Part shown: in pieces, positions 46,162 to 60,040 of the stretch
Numbering within the stretch: the stretch's first letter is position 1
How the letters are laid out: every line of letters starts with the position of its first letter
Source of the DNA: Octopus bimaculoides
Lineage: Eukaryota
Assembly (NCBI RefSeq): GCF_001194135.2
Contig: NC_068987.1
Coordinates: forward strand, 13,913,109-13,977,108
DNA: 64,000 bases
Direction of reading: 5' to 3'
Position numbers and translations under genes: made by a program
Notes under the pieces: generated by a model
What the model saw: the letters and a program-made list of their open reading frames with translations, nothing else
The model's database searches: none
Told to the model about the DNA's origin: nothing

Positions 46162-49100
46162 ATATATGTGTGTGTGTTTGTGCACCTTTGTCTTGACATC
46201 ATATGATTGTTTGTAAATGAGCATCACTGTTTTACAAGCGATGTTGTTTGTTTCTAATTTTCCATGTAAAACATGTCTTGCCATGGGGAAATATTACCTT
46301 GCTTGGAAACAAGTAAGGGTTAGGGACAGAAAGGGCATCTGGCCCTAGAAAATTTGCCCTCAACCAATTCTTTCTTACTCTTATCAGCACAAAAGAGGTG
46401 AATGTTAAATTGAAGATGATGATGATGACTTCTGTTGGAATATGCTGTCTGTTTCAGTTAATTGAAAAAAAAAGAAACAATGAAGAATTTAATGAAATAA
46501 CTTATGGCAGTTATTAAACTGATGTTTGGAACATAAATTAACATGTAATTATTTCAAGTTTTAATTTAGATCAGTTACTCTAAAACAGAAAGTTTGTGTC
46601 ATAGAATTAGGGGTGATCTTGGATTGGTCAAAATGGTTAATAACTAACGTTATAATGATGATATTAGCATTCAGATTACTTGGTCAAATGCAATGTTTAA
46701 TTATTCACTTCGCTTTGAATTAATCATGCATTATCTTTTGGCTTTAAGATTTCAATGATGTGATTGTTTATTTTTAGAATGACATTGTTGGTTAGGTGTG
46801 AGAGGCCAAATGTGGTCAGTTTAAACATACAATAGATAGAATATTCTCTGCTCAGTTGACATCTCCAGGACTGTTGCCATGAGAAAAAGCACCCAGTGCA
46901 CTTTGTAAAGTGGTTTGTGTTGGAAGGACATCCAGACATTGAAACCATGTTAAAGCAGATATTGGAACTTGGCACAGCCCTTTGGCTCTTTGCTTCCATT
47001 TGAACTGTTCAACTCATACCAGCATGGAAAGAGGCACAGTAAATGATAACAATATCATTGTATTAGTTTTTCCTCCTCCCTCCCCTCCCACTTCTCTCTA
47101 CCGATGCACATCAGTCGTTAGCTATTCTGGATATGAAAGAGTCAACGTTATGTTGTTGTTACTGCTGCAACCAAAAATGCTACACATGCCATGTAGGAGT
47201 AGAAAGTTGTGGGTGAAGAGGAATTCCTTCTCTCTTTGTAATAATATTTGCAACAGATTTTCAGAAGGTTTTGAAAATTGACTGGCAAAAGTACTTTCAG
47301 AGGATTAGAATAGATATTTACTGAAGTGGTTATGTCTCCTTGCTTCTATTTGGAAATATATTCTATATGTAGGGCAGGGATAGATTTAATCCTTTGCTCA
47401 GTTTAACACCATCACCTGTCCCTTGGCTTTCTTTTGTCATGTATCCTCCATTGCAGGCATTCAGGAACAGTTCTCCAGAATTAGTAGAAGCCTTGAATGG
47501 TGATTTCTTCTTCCCTTTCTCCTACTCTTGGAAGTCCTGCATAAAAATCATGGGTGCTACCCTTCATTCTGATTAAGTCATTAAAACAATGTGTGTGTGT
47601 GTCTTTTGATTGCAAGTTTAAATTTTCTTTGGGAGTGTGTAGGTTCAACATGAATTATTCACAATAGTTTATCACATTGTAATTTATAACTTGTGTGTTT
47701 GTGTGTGTTCACATCACTTTATTGTTTATTACGTCGTCGTCGTTTAACGTCCGCCTTCCATGCTAGCATGGGTTGGACGATTTGACTGAGGACTGGTGAA
47801 ACCAGATGGCTACACCAGGCTCCAATCTGATTTGGCAGAGTTTCTACAGTTGGATGCCCAAGTGTGAAATTCCATTGTGGAGTATAGTAAAAAAAAATTG
47901 TTGAAACTCTTCAACAAATGCAAAAATCCATACACGAGGCATAAAGGCCATGAGATGACTCTGTGACAGATGGAAGGAGAGACAAAACTCACAACAATTC
48001 AGTTTTTCTCTGTGACATTCTCTGTGGTCACAGTAACCTGTACATGTCATAAAGACGATGATATTGTATATGACCCTCTATCTTTATTTTCTTTTGCCTT
48101 GAGCCTGTGGGTTTATTAGGGGCCCAGAGCTTATCTAGATTTTCATGGTGTTTAGGTTGGGAATGCAAGACTCTTGCTTCCACCTCCATCCTGAACAAGG
48201 CACCAATTTGTCACAGGGTTGACCTCCAAATACTACTGGTACTCATTTTTAGCCGAGTGTACTCGAGCAATAGGAAAGTGTTTTGTTCAGAGACACAACT
48301 AACCACTTGATCTGCGGATCAAACCAACAAACTAAGGTCAATAATGGTTGTGAGCTCAGCACCCTAAACTGTAAATCCCTACTAAAATATGTATATACAT
48401 TGAAAGAAGCACAAAACTTACTGTTCATAATCATGTAATCATGTGTATAAATAATTGACAAAACTGTATATACTTGTGTCAAAGTTAAATTTTTAGACTT
48501 TTTTAAAGCTAAATTTCAGGGGTTGATTATTATATGGAAACTAACTTTTGAGGTGCTGAAATTCCAGGTTCAATCCCAAATATTGCACCAGCAGGCAGAA
48601 CTACAAATGATTCCTTAAATGAATAAAGGTAAAAGAACTAAAGCAATAAACTATAGTGAATAAAAGTAGGAAATTCATGGGCCTAGCTTCTATACCGATT
48701 AATGTTGCAGTGTAGTTATATGACACTAATTGCACTACTTCGATAATGAACTTGAGAAATCTGTAACATAGTATTTATATGAATTGCATGTGAAAATATA
48801 TAATAATGTCGAGGGGGTGGAATTCATTCCCTTCCTGCAGCATTTATACACAGGATAATCCCTCAGTTAGCTAATATTGTTTAGTTACCTGCGCTTGGCT
48901 ATCACAAGAGTTACATAGAAAATTCCAAATTTTTAAAGCTCCTACCAAAAAGGGAGTTGGCATTTTCAAGCATTATAGGGTACTTGGATATATGTTTTCC
49001 TTTCTATTTGTAATTAATTCTTTGAAATCTTTCATGTCAGTTTTATAACATTCCATTCCTCTTGCTAGATTTGTCTTTCATCCTACTTGAATTGATAACT

Positions 49101-50207
49101 TATACACTAAGACAAGAATAGTGGACTGTACCAGAATTGAAGTTTTTTGACTAATCAAAGGAAATCACTAATTATTAGCCCTGTTGTGTTGTGACAATCT
49201 GAGTTTCTGAATCATATTTGTTCCACATTTATGTGGTAATAACATCTGTTAATTTCCTTTCCTTTAACCTCATTTAGTCCCTGCAGGTAGCTATATACTC
49301 AGGCCTTCTTCTCATCTCACTATGTACTATCTCCACTCATATCTTGTCATCTTCACTGTCCCACGTACAAGACTCTGCACTAAAACACTTCACTTAGTCC
49401 TTCCTTCACTGGACTGCAAACTCAGGAATTAGCTCATCAGTTGTAATTTTCCTTGCAGTATCAACTTACAAATGTTGAAGCTGAATATCAGCCACATGGA
49501 CATTAATAGTTCAAAAGAGTCTGCAAAGGTTCAGGCCATTGCCCCTACTCCTCAAGTCAACTTTATAAAAATTTAAAAATAGAAGTGAATGAAATCTGTC
49601 ATAAAAAAAGGAAGCAAAAGGAAATGGAAGCTGTTTCCATATCTGGAGAACACAAGACTAAATACTTTACCATTTCTTTCATATCTGGCATGCCACTATT
49701 CTGATTTTGAACCCCACCAAAATCAACTTGGCACTTCTTCCTAATAGAATCAATAAAATAGATATCAGTAAGGTATAGAGGAAATGTGGACATAGGGTTC
49801 ACTTGAATCAGCCCTAATCCTACAAAATAAGGAGCTCATCAAAAGAAATATCAATTAAAACAGATATGCTTGTATATTTAATATTGTATGTTCCATCAGT
49901 AAAGTAGCATTTAACATGTCATTAATGTTTAAATGATGTCTCATTTCTGGGACACACCAGGTCTATATTTCACTAAACACATTGTTGTTTAACCCTAGGT
50001 TAACTGGACATATGATCAAAAGGGTACTAACCATGACCATCCTTTTAGAGTGTATCGTGGATAGAGATGGGAAGTTGGGTGTGTATAGTATTGGGTTTTG
50101 CTTTCATAGGACATGAAATGCAGATTCAACATTGGCATTTTGCAAGGTTTCTAAGCAGATGGTTATATTCTCTGTTGTCTCATATTACCTACCTATTGAC
50201 ACAAGGC

Positions 50208-50585
50208 CAGATCATCTGATAATGTTATTGGAAATAAACTAAAAATCTGTATATGTTACTTTTTTATTAAAACAAGATATCAGATCATCTAGCAGTGCTA
50301 CAAGTTATCAAGATCGCTTACATATCGAGACTAGGTGTCAAATCATCTGGTAGTGTAACTGGAAATAAATTACAAACCTCATTGTGTCACCTATGAATTG
50401 AGGCAGGGTATCAAATCTTCTGTCAGTACTACTGGAGATAAACTAGTAATGTTGATCACCTGATTATTGAGACTAGGTATCAGCTCATCTGGAAGTGTTA
50501 TTGGAAAGAAACTAGAACCATCTCTCTGTCATCTGCCTATAGAGACTACACATTAGATCATTTGGCAGTGTTACTGGAAATTACC
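50208..50585. repeat. Degenerate ~70-bp minisatellite, about six units
   Basis: Recurrent CA(G/A)ATCATCTG..AGTGTTA(C/T)TGGAAA; unit starts near 50208, 50281, 50339, 50412, 50481, 50553. Confidence 0.75.
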
Positions 50586-53500
50586 TTGTCAGCTATCGGT
50601 GATCTGCTTATGCCATGAGGCTGGAGCTAATCTCTGTTTTCCAGAGGGCTTCCTCAAGCCACTGGGGATGTTTAGATATTATGGTTTGGAAATAACCTTA
50701 TGACACTTTGGAACAGTTCACAGATCTATGATCCCATTCTTGTTACTGTTGTGTTTACATTATGATTTTTTCCACAAGCACAAGGTACCAGATTCGTGAA
50801 AGAGAGAGAGAGGATATAAGAAACTGTGATGTTCATGTCTTTCCCCCAAGCAGTAGTATATGTGATGTGAAGTATCTACGAATATGAACTAAAAGTGTGT
50901 ATTTGACCGACCAGAAGTTTGCTCGTGCTCTAGTTCATGGTATTCTAGACATATTTTTGATATCAAAAACACTGTAGATTATTGCGCTACTAAGGGGGCC
51001 TCTGTATATTTGCTTGGCATTCTAGAAATAGCAGCCAAATATCTCTTGGATGCATTGAATAATGCTGATCAAGTAGCTCTATTCTGGAATAAAAGGCTGA
51101 ATGATCACGGCATAAATCTTTTTTTATCACAGGTCTGTTCATGAAATTCTGATGGATGGTTTATTTATAATTTCAATCACCATTAAAATGGGAAGTTTCT
51201 ATCATAGAACCAAGGTCTGTCTCAGGTGAGTTGGTATCAGAAGAGTTAAGGAAGAGTTAACTGCCATTTTTAGCGGGTTGAGTAACTACTAAACAACAAC
51301 AAAAGCAACTGAAGGAAGGATAAATGCTTCCTTTCATTGGCTTATGTTGTTGTTGAGCCCTAGGTTGAGGAGATGAGGAGACATGATAAAAACATGCTCC
51401 AACCAGGACATCCTGTCATACATTTTTTTTTAGACATTGTTTATATGCAAATGAAGGAAAGATGGTTAGATACTTCTGTCATTGGATTCTGTTGTTGTTT
51501 AACCCTAGACTGAGCAGATTTATGGTCAAAGACATTCCAACTTTGCCCACATTGTCATATATTTTTTTTAAAGATATAGTCTATATAAAACCAGATGGCA
51601 AACTCACAAAATGCTCCTTAAATGGCCATTATTTTATTAATTTGTTCTTTTGCTTGTTCCAATCATTGGACCACATCCATGCTGGGATATCACTTTTGAA
51701 GGGTTTAGTCAAACAAATTGACCNNNNNNNNNNNNNNNNNNNNNNNNNNNNNNNNNNNNNNNNNNNNNNNNNNNNNNNNNNNNNNNNNNNNNNNNNNNNN
51801 NNNNNNNNNNNNNNNNNNNNNNNNNNNNNNNNNNNNNNNNNNNNNNNNNNNNNNNNNNNNNNNNNNNNNNNNNNNNNNNNNNNNNNNNNNNNNNNNNNNN
51901 NNNNNNNNNNNNNNNNNNNNNNNNNNNNNNNNNNNNNNNNNNNNNNNNNNNNNNNNNNNNNNNNNNNNNNNNNNNNNNNNNNNNNNNNNNNNNNNNNNNN
52001 NNNNNNNNNNNNNNNNNNNNNNNNNNNNNNNNNNNNNNNNNACACACACACATACATATGCCTATGTATTTATGTATATATATATATATATATATGTGTA
52101 TGTATTTGTGACTGGTTCCTATGCAGTTCAATTTGACCAAATTTACTCACAAGGCATTGGTTGGTTTGGGACAACAGCAGCAGACACTTGCCCAAGGCGC
52201 AGTGCAGTGAGAGTGAACTTAAAACCATGGGGTTGGGAAGCAGACCTCTTAACCACATAACCATCCTTGCACATATTTATTTATTTCATTGTTTTTAGTT
52301 TTACTTTCCAGGAATTACTTCGTTAACCTTTTAACCTGTTGTTTTTTTGTTTTGATTTGATTTTTGTTTTCATCTGTGTATGTACGTATGTGTGTGTATG
52401 TATGTATGTGTGTGTGTGTGTAAAGATGTTTCTTGATTTTCATATTTTTTACTCTCCAAGAAACTTTTGGTATGTAATCATGGAATTTTAAGAATATTCT
52501 GAAGAACAAAAANNNNNNNNNNNNNNNNNNNNNNNNNNNNNNNNNNNNNNNNNNNNNNNNNNNNNNNNNNNNNNNNNNNNNNNNNNNNNNNNNNNNNNNN
52601 NNNNNNNNNNNNNNNNNNNNNNNNNNNNNNNNNNNNNNNNNNNNNNNNNNNNNNNNNNNNNNNNNNNNNNNNNNNNNNNNNNNNNNNNNNNNNNNNNNNN
52701 NNNNNNNNNNNNNNNNNNNNNNNNNNNNNNNNNNNNNNNNNNNNNNNNNNNNNNNNNNNNNNNNNNNNNNNNNNNNNNNNNNNNNNNNNNNNNNNNNNNN
52801 NNNNNNNNNNNNNNNNNNNNNNNNNNNNNNNNNNNNNNNNNNNNNNNNNNNNNNNNNNNNNNNNNNNNNNNNNNTGACAATTATTGATGTTCACCCTACT
52901 TCTCTAGTGAACCAAATTTCCCATTCAACGACTATCTTTTATTGAAGTGGAAGACTTTCTTCAGAAGTTAGCCTCTATTCACAAACAGTTTACAATACAA
53001 TGACTACACAACCTGTATTATATTTAAAAGAAAAAACCCAACTAACACTGCAGTTATGTGATATAAAACATGCAATCACATTTTTTTACTGTGATTCGGC
53101 AAAAGTAAAAGAAAAAAAAGCAACAAAAAACTGCACCCCTTTGCACCAATATCATTATTTATTTAATACTATGTTCTGTTTTTTTTCTTGCTATTTTATC
53201 AATGGAATTTTATTATCTATTCTTCCCTCTCTCTCTCTCTATCTCTTTTATACCACACTCTAATTTTTATTTTTCTGTCCTTTTTTTACCCCCATTAACT
53301 AATGTTGTGATTTTAAAAAAAATAGCAGTAGTCTGGTTTTGGAAAGTGGTGTTAGGGTTTATTGTAATATATAAGCTGATTTGAAGGAAGAGGACTCAAG
53401 TGTTTTCTGCATGATCATTCTAGTTTTGGTTAGTTAAACACACAACCCAGACTTCTATTTAACATAATGTAGTTGGTAATATGGAAATATTACTGGAATC

Positions 53501-53909
53501 AGATAATCTGTCTTTTATTTTTTTTTTTAACAAAAACTAATATTTATACAAACAAAGTACAAAAACCACAAACCTGAATTACCAATTTCTGAGAAAGAAA
53601 AAGCGGATCTGACAGTGTCATCTTTGTCACAGTTTTGAGTAGAAAGTTGGGTTTACAGTGTTATTAGACTCAGTGTCTGACTCGTCTCTCATTCCAGCTT
53701 TGTCACTTTTGTTGTACTGTATATATATGCATGGTGGAATTCAGATTGAATCTAAATATGACTACTTCTTGGACATTTGATAACTGTTCTTAAAAAAGCA
53801 GTCACATTTGGAAGATATAGTTAAAGGTACATGGGCAACTGAGGAATCATAACTGCTTCTACCTAGATTACATGTTCTACATGTCCCCTTATAAATCAGA
53901 AAATGGAGT

Positions 53910-54430
53910 GGTAGTATTTCATCATCACATACGCATTACCATTCATGTTGACAGCCACAGTGATCACCTATGAAAGGTTCATTGCCTGTTTGTGGTTTGA
54001 AATTAATTATAGTGAATGAAATGAACACAGAACTGCTTTCACTTTTCAGTTAGAACAATTTTCCTCCTGGCAGTGAAGTGATGGTATTTCATTGTCACAT
54101 ACACAAGTAGTACTTTGCCTGTTAAAGTAACAATGACCACCTTTAATAGGTCCATTGTCTATGGTTTCATAATGTTCTTATCTTTGGAATTAGTTTTAGT
54201 GAATGAAGTGTACACAGTTGCTTTCATTTTTTATTTTATATAGGTAGCACAATCATTCTTCAGCAGCAAAGTAGTGGTACTTCATCATCACATACACAGA
54301 TACAACCTTGTTGTTATAGTAACAATGATCACTTTTAAAAGGTTTGTTGTCTGTGATTTCAAAATATACTTATCCATGAAATTAACTAAGAAGTGTACAC
54401 AGAACTAGATTCATTCTTCAGATAGAATAA
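53910..54430. repeat. Degenerate 170-190 bp tandem repeat, three units
   Basis: TA(T/C)TTCAT(C/T)(A/G)TCACATAC at 53915, 54085 and 54278, each followed by ..ACACAG..TTCA blocks. Confidence 0.7.
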
Positions 54431-54876
54431 TTTTTCTCCTAGCAGCCAAACATTGGTTAGTATGACAAGAAACTGAATGCTCTTTAGGTTTTACATCAAA
54501 GTATCTTTCTCTTTGATGTTTTAACAAGAACCAAGGGTTCGACATTCACAAAAATGTCTTACAGTAAATTGATTCACTCTCTTAAACATTGTTAGGTAGT
54601 TGTTGACACTATGTTAGGTTCATCTGTTATTTGGAGAAGATTCTATTTATGCCTTGCTGAGTTTCTTGTAACCTTCCTGAACAAGCTTGGCCTGGTAAAA
54701 GTGTCAGTTTAATTGCAGATGACCTGAGGATGTAACAGATGGCACTGGATTACAGGAGACTAGTTGCACTCAGAGCAACCTAACATATGTGTACACAGAG
54801 ACACTCTTCTGCCTCTCTTTCTCTCTTATATTCTCTCTTTACATGCACACACAAACAAATGCACACACACTCTTCT

Positions 54877-55107
54877 GGCGGCGAGCTGGCAGAAACGTTA
54901 GCATGCCGGGCAAAATACTTAGCGGTATTTCGTCTGCCGCTACGTTCTGAGTTCAAATTCCGCCGAGGTCGACTTTGCCTTTCATCCTTTCGGGGTTGAT
55001 TAAATAAGTACCAGTTACGCACTGGGGTCGATGTAATCGACTTAATCCGTTTGTCTGTCCTTGTTTGTCCCCTCTGTGTGTAGCCCCTTGTGGGTAGTAA
55101 AGAAATA
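54877..55107 (+). mobile_element. Young family-A SINE with target-site duplication
   Basis: CpG-rich near-consensus copy; ACACACACTCTTCTG at 54863-54877 and 55108-55122. Confidence 0.9.
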
Positions 55108-55310
55108 ACACACACTCTTCTGTCTCTTTACAAATATACTTTGGCATACTCAAACACATTTCTATTTTTACAGATAGACACACACAGATACACACTTTTT
55201 CCTCTCTACAAATATATATACATTCCTCTCTCTATTTCTAGTTGCACATACATGCTCTCTTTCTCTCAGCTACCTCTCTCTCCTCACATACACTTTTTTC
55301 TGCTTTTCTA

Positions 55311-55348
<38 letters not shown>

Positions 55349-57369
55349 CTCTTTCTTTTCTACCTCTCTACAGACACACACACACACACACACACACTTA
55401 CCATGTCATATATCCCTATATGACTTTCAATAATTAAACTGAACAACACAGACCAAATTTAACTGACAGTTTTTGCTTAAGCACATGTCTAGTGCTTAGG
55501 TTTTTCTTTCCAGTAATTGAAACCTCATTTTTTAAATACTTTAGATATATTTGAAATATCCCTTTATTTCTTCCATAATTCTTGCTCTTTGTTTTCTGTT
55601 TAAACACTATATATATATATATATATCCACTTTCTTTTTAATTCCTAATTCTTAGTAATGAAATCTATGAAACCATTTTGTTAATGCTCACCTCCCATGA
55701 CTAGCAGTGGTAAAAACAATATAGTTTCTTGTCATTTTTTAAAATTATTGGTGGGGATTGGCAGAATTGTTAGAGCATTGATAAAATGCCTTGTGCATTT
55801 GTTTCAGCTCTTTGCACACTGAGTTCAAATCCCACCAAAGTCACCTTTACATTTCATCTTTTCAGGGTCGATAAAATAAAGTACCAGTCAAGTACTGGGA
55901 GTGATGGTATCGACTAATCCCTTCCCCGCTCAAAACTGCTGGCCTTGTGCCTAAATCGGAAAACATTATTATCATTATTATTATTATTATGATTATTATT
56001 ATTATTACCTGTTGTAAATTACATTTATAAGAGTCTATTCATAAAATCTGGTTATTAATTATAATCATATTGTTAATATTTATTATATTTTATTTCTTTG
56101 AGGATGTTTGAAGATGTGTAATCAATAGCCGTTTTTTTCATGTCTGAAGAATCCCATGGAAAAGTGGCACACCTTCAAGTAGCTATGTAAACCGATCCTT
56201 GACGCTGCAGGACTTTTCTTCCTGTCTGTGTGGTGCTTAGTAGTTTTAAAGAGAGAATCAGTCCACTCATGTCATATAATTTTTCTGGGTTTATCTGAAG
56301 TTGAGAACCACACACTGGGTTATGTCCAACATGATATAGCCTTGTATAACCCATCACCAGCACTGTATTGTGTCATCTTCGCCAAGACACTAAACTGCCA
56401 AGTGGCTCAGTTGACCAAGCTGTAAATAAATGGGTAAACATCATCCTACTGTGCTAAACAACCAACACACTTTACAATTGATCTGTTTCATTATTGTGCA
56501 ATGCTAAATTAAAATTCTCCAGTGGGATGAATTTTGAGATTGAGTTATGGTATTAACCCTGTCATGCTGTGTTCCTACCATAGTGGGAATAGATTAACAC
56601 TTTTGTTACCATATTTCTGTTGAAATGCTCTGTGTTTGTTTCAATTAATTTTAAATATAACAAAGAATTTAGTAATTATCATTAAGCTAGTGTTAGGAAC
56701 ATAAATTGTAACTAAAGTTTGGTGGAAGATTTTAATTTAGAACTTTTGAAAACAAGACATTTGTGCTATAGAGCCAGAGGTGGATAGGTATCAAAAAGGT
56801 TAAACATCATCTTTACCAGATTTCTGGTAAAGTGGTAATGAACACATATAGATAAAAAAAAAAAAAGAAAAAGCTTCAGCCAATTCTGTTCAATAGTTTG
56901 CCTGCAATCATTACCCTTGAGCTGTATATACGGCTATTTATTTCCTTGCTCAGGAGCCCAAGAGGGTTAAAGGGAAAATTTGATAGGCAAGTATAGCAAA
57001 TAGCTTTAAGAATAACTAAAATAATTCCTAACAGGAAAATAGTTATTGAAGTAAGAATTTTGCTAAATGAACAAACCACATGTATTTCCAAGAACATGTA
57101 GCATCTATAGTGGCAGTGTTGGTGGTATTACCATTTGTTTTTTATTTGAACTATTCAACCATTTCTTGTTTCTTCTCAAATGTTGCTGAATAAGGCCTCA
57201 CATTTTCAGGGTATCATTCGGAGATTGTCTGGTGTCAACTGCAAAATTTGATCTTGACTTTCCTATGAATGTATACCATGTATACCCTAGCCAGCTTCAA
57301 ATCTTTATACCTTTTTCTCCTTTGGGCAAATACAAGTTGATGAGGAATAGCAGTTTTAAGTTTAGTGCA

Positions 57370-58576
57370 TACAGGATGTGAGAGGTATTTGAGGACATAT
57401 TAAATAAAACAACTCTAATCCAGCAAAGACTAAATGTATTTTAATAAAAAAATTATGCATATTCTCTCAGGAAGCTTTTTTGCAAAGTTATTCTATGAAA
57501 CTGCATTCACGTTTGATCACTGATTCAAAGTGAAATCATTGACATGCCTTCACTAAAGGGTCCTTATTCATTTCAGACATCACCTAGACACTGACAGCCT
57601 CCATTGAAGCTATGGTATTGTAAGGATGTCAATTAATACATAGTAGTCCCTGGGATTTAAATCTGGCGAGTTTGGCAGCCACAAGTTTCAGGTTGCATGA
57701 TTGTAAAGATGGCCTGACATACGTTCTTAGGTTACCTGGGCTTTGCAAGATGGTGTTGACCTGTTGAAACAGGTATGGCCTTCCACTGTGTACTTCTGCT
57801 ATCCAGGGCTTAACAACTGTCTCCAGCAGCATTAACTCTAAGACCCTGTTGAAAGATTTGAGATGGCATGACATGACCTTCAATACTCACCACCCCTAAA
57901 ACCATCACAGTTGCTGGAAACTTAGTGTGCATTACACTGGAGACATCTGAAGGATCTATACATAACTGTTTGTCATTTCCCCTGTTAAACTTATGGTGGT
58001 TTTTGGTTGAAGTTTTTTCCATCAGAAAAGAACCGGAGCATGCCATGTTCATGAGGGTTTTTAACCTTGTTAAGTAGTTACTTGGCATGAATCAAATGGT
58101 TTTCCTGTGTCTTTGTAGATATGAATTGATATCTCCTCAGTACATATGGCTTGTATTTCAATATTCTTGTGCACCACAGTTCTGGTAGTCCACTCCAACA
58201 TCTGAAGTACTTTGGTGATGGCCCCCATTGATTTTCTGAGATGATAATTTGATGACTTGTGGTGGTGTCCTTACAATGTCCAAACGTTTAGAATGATTTT
58301 TGTCCTTTGATGCTGTTGAAACATTCTTACCAGAGGCTTCATATTGCATCTGAAACTTTGTGTACAAAAGATTTTGCAACATTTAGAAATTTATCAGTTT
58401 CTAAATTGCTGTGTTATGCACATATGGCAATAATGACTGCATGTCTTTCAATTTCTTGTGTTAGCATTTTATCTGCCATAGTGGTGGGGTCTGAAAGAAT
58501 GAAAAACCTTTTAGTTGGTTTGAAGAGAGGAATATACTAATAATAAGGTGTCCTCAAGTACCCCTCATAGCTGGTA
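57370..58576 (-). mobile_element. Decayed Tc1/mariner transposon, DD37D (maT-like), with terminal inverted repeats
   Basis: TGAGAGGTATTTGAGGACA (left) versus reverse complement TGAGGGGTACTTGAGGACA (right), TA at both ends; internal transposase relic. Confidence 0.85.
57488..58479 (-). pseudogene. Mariner-family transposase pseudogene (stops and frameshifts)
   Basis: Fragments FFSDGKNF, VMHTKFPATVMVLGVVSIEGHVMP, LETVVKPWI..RPYLFQQ, NLWLPNSPDLNPRDYYV, and C-terminal ..FIE*. Confidence 0.85.
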
Positions 58577-59267
58577 GACTTCAGACAATTTGGTAATGAG
58601 TTCAATTCTTATAACTGGTACAAGTCTGGACAAAACACAGATAACTCTGTTTATCTTAGTAGCAAAACAAATTCCAGTCATAATTTTGTAAGTAATGGGT
58701 TGAGCGTTCAACTGATAAAAACAAGGGAAAATATGTCAAAGTTTTTAGCTTTTCAGACCATTAACTTCATGTTTAGAGAGGAAAGGTTTTTCATATTTAC
58801 ACCTACAGAACATGTATAGTTTGATCCTTAATTATCACCAGGTGTTTTATTCCTGGACATGTACATTTGTACCAAACTGAATTCATACCAGTTTGGTACA
58901 AGTTAGTCTAGTGGACCCCTTATTAATTTTATCATGGAACACATGTAAGATTTTCAAAAGAAAAAAAAATTGTAGACCCTATACTTATATTTTATGGAAA
59001 AGTCTTGCAGACCTGAATTTGAGTGACGTTAAATGAAACAAAACTTGTGTTAGAGAGAGAATTTATTCATATAAAAATTGTAAACTCATATATTTCGAAG
59101 ATGGTGCAAGCACGAACTGTGTAGTTAAGAAGTTCACTTCTCAACCACATGGTTTTGGATTCAATCCTACTGCATGGCACCTTTGACATGTTGTCTTTTG
59201 CTATAGCCCTGGGACAACCAAATCCTTGTCAATGCATTTGGTAGATGGAAACTGAAAGAAGCCTATC

Positions 59268-59299
<32 letters not shown>

Positions 59300-59672
59300 T
59301 TATATACACGTGTGTGTATCCTTTTCTTGACATTGTGTGATAGTTGTAAACATTTGTGACTGTCATACAAGCAGTATCATTCATTTCCAATATTGTGGAA
59401 ACCTGTCTAGTCATGGAGGAAATATTTCCTTGCTTGGAAACAGGTGAGGGTTGGCAACTAAAAGGGCATCTGGCCATCGAAAATCTGCCTCAAATAAAAT
59501 CTGTCAATCTATGTAAGCATGAACAAGTGGACATTAAATGATGATGATAAATACACACACACACAGTGGACCAAAAGTCACAAAGTTTGATTGCGTATTG
59601 TTAAGTGTACATAACCAAATGGCTTCAGCAGTTGCATCAACTGCATTTTTATATTTCATGGCTTTTGATTAA

Positions 59673-60040
59673 TTCTTTTACTTGTTTCAGTCATTTGATT
59701 GCGGTCATGCTGGAGCACCGCCTTTAGTCGGGCAAATCGACCCCAGGACTTATTCTTTGTAAGCCTAGTACTTATTCTATTAGTCTCTTTTGCCGAACCG
59801 CTAAGTTACAGGGATGTAAACATACCACCATCGATTGTCAAACGATGTTGGGAGGACAAACACAGACACACAAACATACATATATACGACGGGCTTCTTT
59901 CAGTTTCTGTCTACCAAATCCACTCACAAGGCTTTGGTCGGTCCATGGCTATAGTAGAAGACACTTGCCCAAGGTGCCACACAGTAGGAATGAACCCAGA
60001 ACCATGTGGTTGGTAAGCAAGCTACTTACCACACAGCTAC
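59673..60040 (-). mobile_element. Near full-length tRNA-derived SINE (family B, CORE-like CCTTGGGCAAGTGTCTT segment)
   Basis: Minus strand GTGTGGTAAG..GGTTCATTCC..GGCACCTTGGGCAAGTGTCTTC..; related copies near 12070, 15850, 35200, 45700, 52090, 59110 and 60530. Confidence 0.8.

Noticed and set aside
43842-46200. Defined 3' UTR end or poly(A) site for C2CD5
   Set aside because: U-rich and AU-rich tracts follow the stop, but no unambiguous signal can be chosen from sequence alone.
50208-54430. CRISPR-like or prokaryotic repeat arrays
   Set aside because: Eukaryotic spliced-gene context; repeats are degenerate tandem units without constant repeats and unique spacers.
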